Shown here one piece after another: positions 29,745 to 41,324 of a stretch of 64,000 nucleotides of DNA (positions are counted from its first letter, which is position 1; each line of letters starts with the position of its first letter). The DNA is from Candidatus Deferrimicrobiaceae bacterium (GTDB lineage: Bacteria; Desulfobacterota; Deferrimicrobia; Deferrimicrobiales; Deferrimicrobiaceae). A model generated the notes under the pieces. That model saw only the letters and a program-made list of their open reading frames with translations. It searched no databases and was not told the origin of the DNA. The translations under genes and the position numbers were made by a program. The stretch spans positions 512,001 through 576,000 of the forward strand of contig CAWBVY010000006.1 of assembly GCA_963792415.1 (NCBI GenBank), given 5' to 3'.

Positions 29745-31562
29745 CTACAGCGATAGATTGCACCGTGCGCACCGTTCCGCTTCCTCGCGCGCGCACCGAT
29801 CCGTAAAGCTTCTTTCGACCTCGTCGAACGTCCGGCGCGCCACTTCGGGAGAGAGCCTTTCCGCCCCGCGCCGAACCCGCCATTCGGGGCGGTCGGTCAC
29901 CTGGGGCTCGGGGCGCCTGCGGTAGTTGTCCCTGTATCGCGCCCTTTTGACCTCTTTGACGGCGAGATCCTCGAAGATATTCAACGCCGCCTCCCGCCCG
30001 GAGGCGGACGCCTCGACCACGGTGCCGGGGCCGCGGACGCAATCACCGCACATATAACCGGCGATTCTAGGTTCCCCCCTGGGGAATTGCAAGCGGAAAA
30101 CGTGGCGTCCCGTGTCCGTGGGCTTCCAGGAGACTCCATCCGGCAGGAACGAGAGGTCGGCCCGGGTTCCGATCGCCATCACGACGGTGTCGGCCGGGAC
30201 CTCGAATTCGCTCCCGGGGACGGTCCGTGGGACGACCCTCCCGTCCGGGTCGAGATCGACCCGCTCCACCTTCAGCGCTTCGAACGCGGCCACCCTTCCA
30301 CCCTTCAGGAGGAAACGGTTCGCCGCGGTGCCCGGAAGGATCTTGGCCCCCTCCGAAACGGCCGCATCGATCTCCCACGCGAACGCCGGCATCGCCTCCC
30401 TGGATTCGAGACAGGCGATCGTCACTTCCGACGCGCCCATCCGGAGAGCGCACCGGGCCGCGTCGATCGCGACGTTCCCGCCGCCGATCACGACCACCCG
30501 CCCGTGGAGCGGGGGAAACCGGTGTTCCCGGACGCGCACGAGGAACGAAAGCGCGTCGTGGAATCCCTGGTCCTCCCCTCCCGCGGCAGGCAGCCGCAGC
30601 GCTTCGCGGGCTCCCACGGCGATCAGGACGGCGTCGAACCCCTCCCCGGCAAGGGAAGGGAACGTCACGTCCTTGCTGAAGGTGACCCCGCCCCGGAAGC
30701 GCACACCCCGGGCAAGGATTCGCGTCACGTCCGCGAGGAGCGCGTCCGCGGGGAACCGGAACTCCGCGGCGCCGTACCGCATCATCCCGCCGGGTTCCCC
30801 GTACGGATCGAACACCGTGACGATGGCGCCGAGCCGCGCAAGCGTGTCGGCGGCCGACAATCCCGACGCGCCGGCGCCGACGACCGCCACCCTGGGTCCC
30901 CGGACCTGGCCGCTTTCCCCGGTGCCCGGGAAAATTCCCGCCGCGTACCCAAGGTCCGCCGCGTACCGCTTGATCGCCATGATGGAAATCGGCGCGCCGA
31001 ATTCGTTCCGCACGCACACCTGCTCGCACGGATGTGGACAGGCGCGGCCGCAGAACGCCGCGAAGGGAAGTCTGTCGTGCACCAGCGCCAGCGCCTCGAG
31101 AGGCCGTCCTTCGCGCACGAGGGCGATGTAGTCCGGAACGCGGATGCGGGCCGGGCAGGCGCTCTCGCACGGAGCGGCGGCTTCGCGGGGGCCGCGCCGC
31201 GCGTCGACATACGCCATCCACCAGATCACGCCCGCCTCTACCAGGAGGAAGCCGTGTCCGTAGGTGATCCCGGATCCCACGTTGAGGACGAGACCCAGGG
31301 TCAGGGGAAGGAGGGCCGCCCAGAAGACTCCGTAGGCGATCCGGCCCGAGTAGAGATGCCCGAGCCCCGGGTAGACGAGCGAAAGGACCCCCGCCGTTTT
31401 GCGGATCCGCTCCCGCCCGATCTCCCACAGGAGACGGTCGCGCTGATCCAGCCGGCCGGAGCAGTCCCGGCACCGCTCCTCCTCGCCCGGGCGCAGGACC
31501 TCGCAGAGAACGCAATCCTTGTAGCCCGTTCGGAGGAGGTTTTCCGGAAGGAGGAAATCCAT
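29745..31562 (-). CDS. GltD/SudA-like FAD/NAD(P)H Fe-S oxidoreductase fused to an N-terminal Cys4 motif and membrane domain
   Basis: CESACPA, CGRACPHPCEQVCVR, GAGASG, GGGNVAIDAA, EEAERCARC; N-terminal CVLC..CRDC and SLVYPGLGHLYSGR transmembrane region. Confidence 0.85.
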   Translation of the reverse strand: MDFLLPENLLRTGYKDCVLCEVLRPGEEERCRDCSGRLDQRDRLLWEIGRERIRKTAGVLSLVYPGLGHLYSGRIAYGVFWAALLPLTLGLVLNVGSGITYGHGFLLVEAGVIWWMAYVDARRGPREAAAPCESACPARIRVPDYIALVREGRPLEALALVHDRLPFAAFCGRACPHPCEQVCVRNEFGAPISIMAIKRYAADLGYAAGIFPGTGESGQVRGPRVAVVGAGASGLSAADTLARLGAIVTVFDPYGEPGGMMRYGAAEFRFPADALLADVTRILARGVRFRGGVTFSKDVTFPSLAGEGFDAVLIAVGAREALRLPAAGGEDQGFHDALSFLVRVREHRFPPLHGRVVVIGGGNVAIDAARCALRMGASEVTIACLESREAMPAFAWEIDAAVSEGAKILPGTAANRFLLKGGRVAAFEALKVERVDLDPDGRVVPRTVPGSEFEVPADTVVMAIGTRADLSFLPDGVSWKPTDTGRHVFRLQFPRGEPRIAGYMCGDCVRGPGTVVEASASGREAALNIFEDLAVKEVKRARYRDNYRRRPEPQVTDRPEWRVRRGAERLSPEVARRTFDEVERSFTDRCAREEAERCARCNLSL

Positions 31563-31729
31563 GGCCGGATTATTCTTTACTCGCCTTTAGGAAAAAGCAA
31601 CTGATGTTGTGGGATTGCCCTCCTGCGCTCAACCACGGCTGCGGCCTTCGCGGCGGGTGGATGGTACAAAAAGATCGAAGCGACTACGGCAGGAAGGCCG
31701 ACGTGTGGCAGGCAGGTGTCCGCAATGGA

Positions 31730-31900
31730 TTACCGGAGCGAGGAGTGCTTGCGCTTCTTGTGTCGTAAAAAAATGGCACCTCCAACGATCGATATTCCAA
31801 TGAGCATCAATGCCTCCGAGTTGGAGATGACGGAGGTGGATGTTCCGACGGCAACAACACCCACGATCACTCCTGCAATCGAAAATAACAATAGGATCAT
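31730..31900 (-). CDS. 56-aa membrane microprotein with PEP-CTERM-like tail
   Basis: Manual translation MILLLFSIAGVIVGVVAVGTSTSVISNSEALMLIGISIVGGAIFLRHKKRKHSSLR; GGAAGGT RBS. Confidence 0.5.
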   Translation of the reverse strand: MILLLFSIAGVIVGVVAVGTSTSVISNSEALMLIGISIVGGAIFLRHKKRKHSSLR

Positions 31901-31962
31901 GTGACACCTTCCATATCAGCAGGTTCGGGTACGGGCCCTTTTTCTGAACTGGAGAATTTATA

Positions 31963-31978
31963 TGCAAATATCGCACCG
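31963..31978 (-). promoter_or_regulatory. Putative sigma54 promoter
   Basis: CGGTGC-GATAT-TTGCA, correct GG-N10-GC spacing, about 60 bp upstream of the ATG at 31900. Confidence 0.5.
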
Positions 31979-32417
31979 TTGCAGATCCATTTGGATATCA
32001 ACGAAATGGGGCTGCTGTTTCGCGGCGGGAGACACGAAATTGTAAGGGAAGCATAACATAATACGAATACGACATTCGGACGTGTTTTGTGCGGGAAGTG
32101 CGGGTATTTGCGCTAGAGCATGGACACCCACGGAATGTGCGGCGACTACACGGGCCTATGCGGCGGACGCCCCCGATCCGTTTTGTTGGTCGAGATCCGG
32201 GCAGAGAAAATTGAGGAGAGAACCTCCGGCGTGGACGCCGGTAGTGGCAACTGCGTGACCGAGATATCCGTGTCCAACCTCTTCAGGTCGATCACGGGTG
32301 GCGGTGCCAGTCCCGCGAATGCCACCGCACCCGTTTTACACGGTAAAGAAATCCTGTCCCGCTGACGGGTCGGGAGAGTAAACGGTCTATGACAATCGCT
32401 CACGCCTGCGAAAACAG

Positions 32418-32446
32418 AAAGGGCGGGGTTTGCGGCCCCGCCCTTC
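32418..32446 (-). terminator. Intrinsic terminator
   Basis: AAGGGCGGGG / CCCCGCCCTT stem followed by TTTCTGTTTT on the minus strand. Confidence 0.65.
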
Positions 32447-32484
32447 AGATGCAAACGGTTCAAGCATCGGCCGTTTTACGTTTA

Positions 32485-32655
32485 TTATCCCCAGGTACAG
32501 GTAATCGGGGACCCATCCTTGCCCAAGGTACACTTTATCCCGGCAGGACCAATTGAAATCGTTTTTGCCGGGGAGGACGCCAAAACCGCGAATGCCGCCA
32601 GAACCAGAACCGTACCAGCCAACGAGTTGACGGTGGATTTCTTTTTCATGCTCAT
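32485..32655 (-). CDS. Small secreted peptide with two cysteines
   Basis: MSMKKKSTVNSLAGTVLVLAAFAVLASSPAKTISIGPAGIKCTLGKDGSPITCTWG; RBS upstream, terminator downstream. Confidence 0.55.
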   Translation of the reverse strand: MSMKKKSTVNSLAGTVLVLAAFAVLASSPAKTISIGPAGIKCTLGKDGSPITCTWG

Positions 32656-33144
32656 TCCCCCCGCTCGAATTTCTCTTTCCTGAAAGGTAGACGCCCGGAG
32701 CGTGAGCATGGTTTCCCGATCCGGGAAGTTTCCTCCGGGACCGAAAGGGGTATTCACGGACGATGATCATATCGCCGTCGGCAACCTTCACGGTAGCAAC
32801 TTGGTAGTCAAGGTACTAAAGGATAAATACCCCTGCCCCAAGAAGTAGGTGGTCGTAAGCGTCTAACTGCTCGGGCGGTGCATCTTCGGCACGAAAACAG
32901 AATGGGCGGGGGTGAAGTTCTGGCCAACCGGAAGTGGCAGGGTAGGCGAACAAGTATCCGGAGGATTGGTGGTGCCTGTTTCACGCGTTCACGTACTCGA
33001 TTGGCGGAGGGATCGGCGAATCTGGGAAGATACGGATCAACTGAGAACCCAATCACGAAACCGGCAACCCGATCAAACAGCGGCCCTCGCAATGCGAGGG
33101 CCCCGCGAACAGGGTGCCGAGGATGATTCCGGCCGTGTCATCGG

Positions 33145-33330
33145 CTACGCGGTGGCAAATTCAACGGGGAGCTTCTCGGCGATGGACTTAAGAACCTTTA
33201 CCTGTTCCTTCAGTTCCCCGAGAGCCTTGGGGCTTTTGGCCCCGGACGCCCTCTTCTCTCGGTTGATGATATCGGTTTCCAGCATTGCCCTGAGGACGTG
33301 GATCTCCGTTCCAGTAAGGTTGACTTCCAT
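33145..33330 (-). CDS. Small helical hypothetical protein (61 aa)
   Basis: GGAGGT RBS; downstream hairpin GGCCCTCGCA/TGCGAGGGCC at 33082-33102. Confidence 0.6.
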   Translation of the reverse strand: MEVNLTGTEIHVLRAMLETDIINREKRASGAKSPKALGELKEQVKVLKSIAEKLPVEFATA

Positions 33331-33536
33331 AACGCACCTCCCTTGATTCCCCCGGAAGACCATACACCCTGTCCTAGTTCCATTTTACTTCAATGAGTGA
33401 GGTCTTTAGTGATCTCCTTCTTGAGGGGCCGGGAGGAAACCCTTGGGGGTTCGAGTCCAACGTGCAGCCTTGAAACCAAAAAATCCGGGCACCCCATCAA
33501 GGATGTCCGGATTCCTCCGCCCTGTCTCAATCGGGA

Positions 33537-33839
33537 TCAGTTAGAGGGGTTGTCGCTCCCCCAATACTGGTGGATATTCCCCTCGATCGGAACAGCTGAA
33601 TGATCCAAATCGGTCACATCGCTCTTGTCAGGCAGACTCCCGGTCTCTACCGGTTCCCTTATCTGCTGCGACTCCGCCACTTGAGCCGGTTCCGGCAAAT
33701 TCCCGGTTTCAATCTGGTCGGCGATGCTCCATGCCGGGCTATCTGACTGGTTTCCTGCTGCCTGCGCGGTTCCGATACCGACGCCTGCCACGAGCATCAG
33801 AATCGCGCCCGAAACAATCCCGATCGAAGACGTTTTCAT
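33537..33839 (-). CDS. Secreted acidic hypothetical protein with a repeated ETGxLP motif
   Basis: Signal peptide ending AQA; IETGNLP and VETGSLP; AGGAGG RBS; terminator-like hairpin near 33482-33512. Confidence 0.65.
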   Translation of the reverse strand: MKTSSIGIVSGAILMLVAGVGIGTAQAAGNQSDSPAWSIADQIETGNLPEPAQVAESQQIREPVETGSLPDKSDVTDLDHSAVPIEGNIHQYWGSDNPSN

Positions 33840-34703
33840 TTTCGATACCCTCCTTCCCCAAGGCGAATCTCCTGGGGTTCGTCAGGTTAAAAACTGACGC
33901 CTACGATTAGATTATGCTCCTCATCCCAATTGTCCTTCGGCCTGAAAGCGATTACCGGTAGACTTCCCCGACGATGGTTCCGGGTTTTCCTTTTTCCATG
34001 GCGCGCCTCCTTTCGGTTGTTTGTTGTTTGCTCTTATCAACAGAATTACGAATGCCAATAGGAGCAGTAATTGGAGTTGGCCCCTAAGTAGCTATCTTTT
34101 AACAATAAATACGGGAAACATGTTCGCGGGACGAATAACTACTTCCCTGCTTGGTGGTGATATATGGCCTACATGTCAGCATGTCGACATATTACCCATT
34201 AGTGGTTATCGGAGATGCGTGGAACACCATGTCGAGCTCGTGGACCGAGACTATCTCTCTCACCGCCACAGCAACTTACGGGCGTCTACTCGGGGCTTGA
34301 AGTCCCTGCGACCAGCGGCGGAAATCCCCTCGTCCTGTTGGTCCAAAACCGGGGGGCAGGTCACATGCCATCGCATACCAGAAACACTTTTCAAAAAATT
34401 GCACGCACCTCAGAAGGGGTTTTCACGCTATCGGGGGACAATGCCGGGGAGGGGGGGGACCACTAGGACTATGAAGTAAAATGTGAAGCGAGCCTCGCCT
34501 AGCAGACACGAAAAGAACGAACTCCAGGAGAAGCAGGAAGCTGTGACCCCTGCTTGTCGGGAGTAACCCTATCCCCCGGAGTGTCGCACTGCCACCTCAA
34601 TAATGCCTGCTACGCAACATAGATGCGATTTATCGCGATGCCGTGGAAAGGTCCAATATATATCGTTTTGATGGTATGCAGGGTGGTATGCACGACCTGT
34701 TAG

Positions 34704-34748
34704 AAAAAAATAAGGGGTTACGGTTTAACCCGTAACCCCTTGTTTTTA
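34704..34748 (-). terminator. Terminator of the tRNA-Lys/tRNA-Glu transcript
   Basis: AAGGGGTTACGG / CCGTAACCCCTT stem flanked by A/T runs. Confidence 0.75.
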
Positions 34749-34751
34749 TTA

Positions 34752-34829
34752 TGGCGTCCCCAGGGGGATTTGAACCCCCGTCGCCGCCGTGAAAGGGCGG
34801 TGTCCTTGGCCGAACTAGACGATGGGGAC
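34752..34829 (-). tRNA. tRNA-Glu (TTC)
   Basis: GTCCCCATCGTCTAG...CTTTCAC...GGTTCAAATCC...GGGGACGCCA cloverleaf. Confidence 0.95.
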
Positions 34830-34837
34830 GCGCACGG

Positions 34838-34913
34838 TGGTGAGCCCAGTTGGGATCGAACCAACGACCCTCTGATTAAAAGTCAGATGCTCTGCCAACT
34901 GAGCTATGGGCTC
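34838..34913 (-). tRNA. tRNA-Lys (TTT)
   Basis: GAGCCCATAGCTCAG...CTTTTAA...GGTTCGATCC...GGGCTCACCA cloverleaf. Confidence 0.95.
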
Positions 34914-34953
34914 CCCCGGAACTGGTAATTCTACGTTCCGGGAGCGGGAAGTG

Positions 34954-37843
<2,890 letters not shown>

Positions 37844-38068
37844 GCGGGTCTCTCCTGTTTTCCGGTTCGTTGGTGGTCGTGGGGAAATGCAACTGCATTA
37901 CCTATCAAAGGGGCCCGGAAAAGTCAATCTCGGGATGCGCAGAAAACCCTTGTAGGCGGGCGCGGACCTTGCGAGAATGCGGGGGATTGGCAGACCCTTC
38001 TCCCGGCCCGCGGCCGGCAACGCGGCGCGCCCCGCGGGAATCCCCCGCGCGCCCATGCGAGGACACCG

Positions 38069-39193
38069 ATGAAACGAACGGTCAATTTCAACGCCGGACC
38101 CGCCGCCCTTCCACTGCCCGCGCTGGAGCGCGCCCGCGACGAATTCCTCGACTTTGCCGGAAGCGGCATGTCGGTGATGGAGCACAGCCACCGCGGAAAG
38201 GAGTACGAGGCTGTCCACGACGAGGCGATCGCCCTCGTGCGGGAACTGCTCGGCGTGCCGGCGAGCTACGAAGTCCTACTGCTTCAGGGAGGAGCCACGG
38301 CGCTGTTCGCACAGATTCCGATGAACTTCCTGGAGAAGGGTGCAACCGCACAGTACCTTATCACCGGTGCCTGGGGAGAGAAGGCGCTCGGCGAGGCGAA
38401 GCTCGTCTCGGCGATGTTCGGCGCCTCCGTCGCGGTCCAGAGCCTGGGCGTCGGCGAGGGGAAGGAGAAGAGCTACACCCGCGTGCCCGCTCCCTCCGAG
38501 GTGAAGGTCGCCCCCGGGTCCGCCTACCTGCATATCACCTCGAACGAGACGATCCACGGCGTCGAGTACAACGTCGACCCGTCCCGCGCCTTCCCGGCCC
38601 CGGGGGACGTGCCGCTGGTCGCGGACATGTCGAGCGACTTCCTCTGGCGCCCGTTCGACGTGACGAAGTTCGGCATGGTCTACGCCGGCGCCCAGAAGAA
38701 CATCGGCCCGTCGGGCGTTGTGGTTGCGGTGGTGTCGAAGCAACTCCTCGACCGGGGGCGGAAGGATATCCCGAAGATCTTCCAGTTCCGGACCCACGCC
38801 GAGAACAAGTCGCTCTACAACACGCCGCCCACCTTCGGCGTCTACATGGTCCGCAACGTCCTCTCCTGGCTCAAGGGACAGGGGGGGCTCGCCGGGATGG
38901 AGGCAATCAACCGGAAGAAGGCGGCGCGCCTCTACGGCGTCATCGACGGCAACCCGGAATTTTTCCGTTCGCCGGTGGAGCGGGAGAGCCGCTCGGTGAT
39001 GAACGTGGTCTTCCGGCTTCCGGCCCCCGAACTCGAAGAGCGGTTCATCGCCGAGGCGAAGAAACAGGGGATGATCGGCCTCAAGGGACACCGCTCCGTC
39101 GGGGGGATCCGGGCTTCGATCTACAACGCCGTTCCGTACGAATGGGTGGAGACGCTCGCCGCCTTCATGGAGGCGTTCGCGCGGGCGAAGTGA
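38069..39193 (+). CDS. serC: Phosphoserine aminotransferase
   Basis: [30 protein letters not shown]. Confidence 0.96.
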   Translation: MKRTVNFNAGPAALPLPALERARDEFLDFAGSGMSVMEHSHRGKEYEAVHDEAIALVRELLGVPASYEVLLLQGGATALFAQIPMNFLEKGATAQYLITGAWGEKALGEAKLVSAMFGASVAVQSLGVGEGKEKSYTRVPAPSEVKVAPGSAYLHITSNETIHGVEYNVDPSRAFPAPGDVPLVADMSSDFLWRPFDVTKFGMVYAGAQKNIGPSGVVVAVVSKQLLDRGRKDIPKIFQFRTHAENKSLYNTPPTFGVYMVRNVLSWLKGQGGLAGMEAINRKKAARLYGVIDGNPEFFRSPVERESRSVMNVVFRLPAPELEERFIAEAKKQGMIGLKGHRSVGGIRASIYNAVPYEWVETLAAFMEAFARAK

Positions 39194-39207
39194 GAGGCGC
39201 CGAGGCG

Positions 39208-39654
39208 ATGAGCGTCCGCGGCGTGCGCATTCCGGCGGGACTGCTGGCGGCCCTGGCCGGCATTCTCTGCTTCGCCCCGGCGCTCGTCGCCTCGGACGGA
39301 TCCCGGCGCGGCGACTCGCACGCGCATTTCCGGAACCCGGACCAGTGCCCGAAATGCCACCCCTCCCCGGGTTCCGAGCTGGCTCCAGGACGCCTCTCGA
39401 TCGAAGCGGACGCCTTCTGCCTTGAATGCCACACGAAGGAAAGCCTGGGGCGCTCCCACCCCGTGAACGTGCGCCCGGAAGAGAAGCACCGCAAGATGAA
39501 GGTGCCCCCCGACCTCCGGCTGGATGACGACGGCCGGATCACGTGCCTGACCTGCCACACGGCGCACGGCCCGTATGCGCCGTACTTCCTCCGCAGGTCG
39601 GGTCCGGACCGCGGCTTCGATCTGCTTTGCGAAGCGTGCCACGGAAAACGATGA
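39208..39654 (+). CDS. Secreted tetraheme cytochrome c (doubled-CXXCH type)
   Basis: Signal peptide; CPKCH, CLECH, CLTCHTAH, LCEACH. Confidence 0.88.
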   Translation: MSVRGVRIPAGLLAALAGILCFAPALVASDGSRRGDSHAHFRNPDQCPKCHPSPGSELAPGRLSIEADAFCLECHTKESLGRSHPVNVRPEEKHRKMKVPPDLRLDDDGRITCLTCHTAHGPYAPYFLRRSGPDRGFDLLCEACHGKR

Positions 39655-40205
39655 AGAACCGGATCCTGCAGCAGCGACAACCCAGGGTCCGCTACGTAAA
39701 TCCCCGCTTCCAGGGCCCGGCGGTGCTGGCGTTCACCGCCATCATCGCGATCGGGGGCGTGATCTTCTGGAAACTGGTCGACAGCGAGTTCCAGCGCATC
39801 TTCCTGCAAACCGCCATCCGGGGACACTACACGTTCGTCTCCGCGTACGACATCGTCCGGGATCTGCTCTCCTGGCACCTGGCGGGTCTCTTCCTCGGCG
39901 TATTTCTGGCCGGTTCGGTCCTTGTCCTGCTCCTTGTCGCTGCCACACGTCACGGCATCGGCAAGGCCGTCGACTCCCTTCGGGCGTCTGCGGACAGGGA
40001 CCTGTCCACCCCCATCGCCACGGGGACCATCGGCGAATTCGCCCGGTTCGGGGAAAAGATCGACGCCGCGCGCTCCGACACCCTCGCCTCCGTCCAGGAG
40101 ATCCGGAACGAGGCGGCGGCCCTCGCAGCGGGGGGGATCTCCCCGGAGGAGTTCCGGCTCCGATGGGACGAGTTGAAGCAGCGGATCCGGAGGATCGCCT
40201 CATGA
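39651..40205 (+). CDS. Two-TM membrane protein with HAMP-like region
   Basis: Two hydrophobic helices, then a DLS...GEF HAMP-like segment; ATGA overlap with the upstream gene. Confidence 0.6.
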   Translation: MKNRILQQRQPRVRYVNPRFQGPAVLAFTAIIAIGGVIFWKLVDSEFQRIFLQTAIRGHYTFVSAYDIVRDLLSWHLAGLFLGVFLAGSVLVLLLVAATRHGIGKAVDSLRASADRDLSTPIATGTIGEFARFGEKIDAARSDTLASVQEIRNEAAALAAGGISPEEFRLRWDELKQRIRRIAS

Positions 40206-40759
40206 GCGGGCCCGAAGCGGGGGGCAACACCCCCCTGATCCACCCCCGGTACGTCTTCGGTCTTCTGCTCCGTCTCTGCGTCAACTTCGCCGGGGGGGTG
40301 GGCATTCTTTTCGTCATCCTCTACTTCGCCCTCTCCCGGCCGCTCCCCGGGGACTACGGAGAGGTCTTCCTGGCCCTGCGCAACCTCTCCCCGTTCCTCC
40401 GGCCGATCCTCGCCGTCTCCGTCCTTGTGTACGCACTGCTGGCCTGCGGCTCGACGGCGGCCCTTTGCGTCTTCATCCTCCCCAAGGTGGCGGGGCCGTT
40501 GTACCGGATGGAACGGATCGTGGAACAGTATCGCTCCGGCGCCCACACGCGGACGGTCTCCTTCCGGCACGACGACCAGATCCAGCCGCTCGCGCATGCG
40601 TTCAATCACTGGATCGGAACCCTCCGCCGGGACCGCCAACGGTGGCTGGCCACGATGATGGACGCGGAACGACACTGCCTCCAGGACGAGGCGACGTGCC
40701 GCGTAAAAATGGAGGATGCGCTCCGGAAGGTCGCCGGGGACATGGGGAGATATCGCTGA
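40202..40759 (+). CDS. Two-TM membrane protein with HAMP-like region
   Basis: KVAGPLYRME...FRHDDQIQPLAHAFN; ATGA overlap with the upstream gene. Confidence 0.65.
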   Translation: MSGPEAGGNTPLIHPRYVFGLLLRLCVNFAGGVGILFVILYFALSRPLPGDYGEVFLALRNLSPFLRPILAVSVLVYALLACGSTAALCVFILPKVAGPLYRMERIVEQYRSGAHTRTVSFRHDDQIQPLAHAFNHWIGTLRRDRQRWLATMMDAERHCLQDEATCRVKMEDALRKVAGDMGRYR

Positions 40760-40769
40760 AAATAAAAGA

Positions 40770-40794
40770 GGCGGGGGGATTGTGTCCCCCCGCC
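40770..40794. terminator. Hairpin between convergent genes
   Basis: GGCGGGGGGA-TTGTG-TCCCCCCGCC perfect 10-bp stem. Confidence 0.7.
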
Positions 40795-40847
40795 CGCGGG
40801 TCCATGGAAAGCCCTTGTGGGGCCGGACCGCTACCCGGAAAAACGGG

Positions 40848-41147
40848 TTACTTCTTCTCCGCCGGCGTTGCAGGGGCCGCCGCAGGGGCCTTCTCGGCTG
40901 CCGGCTTCGCCTCTTCCTTCGGCGCCGCCTTCTTCGACTTCTTGGAGGACTTCTTCGACTTCTTCTCGGCCTTCTTGTCGGCCTTCTTCTCGGGCGCAGG
41001 GGCCTTCTCCGCTGCCGGGGCCGCCGCAGGAGCCTTCTCCATTGCCGGGGCCGCCGCAGGAGCCGCCGCCTTCTCCGCCGCGACCGCGAAGCCCACGACC
41101 GAGAACGCAAACGCAACTGCCATTACTACCGCGAAAATCTTCTTCAT
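40848..41147 (-). CDS. Secreted Ala/Lys/Pro-rich low-complexity protein (Asr-like)
   Basis: MKKIFAVVMAVAFAFS signal peptide; EKAPAAAPA repeats; Lys-rich core. Confidence 0.75.
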   Translation of the reverse strand: MKKIFAVVMAVAFAFSVVGFAVAAEKAAAPAAAPAMEKAPAAAPAAEKAPAPEKKADKKAEKKSKKSSKKSKKAAPKEEAKPAAEKAPAAAPATPAEKK

Positions 41148-41324
41148 TTCGTTTCCCCTCCAAAGGGAGTATTTGAATTCCTGGAAGGGGAACATACAAG
41201 GATGGTGCCAACCGCTCCGGCGGATGCAACCACAGGAACTTCATCAGGTTTCCAACAACGGCCCGCAAAGACTCCTCCCCGTTCTTCCCCAATTGAGGCA
41301 AGCATTCCCCATTTGAGGAACCGA

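Noticed and set aside
32660-32830. Possible c-di-GMP (GEMM) riboswitch upstream of the small secreted peptide
   Set aside because: Only a GGTTGCCG-like 3' fragment is visible; the GGCAAA/GAAA/GACGCAAA core could not be found
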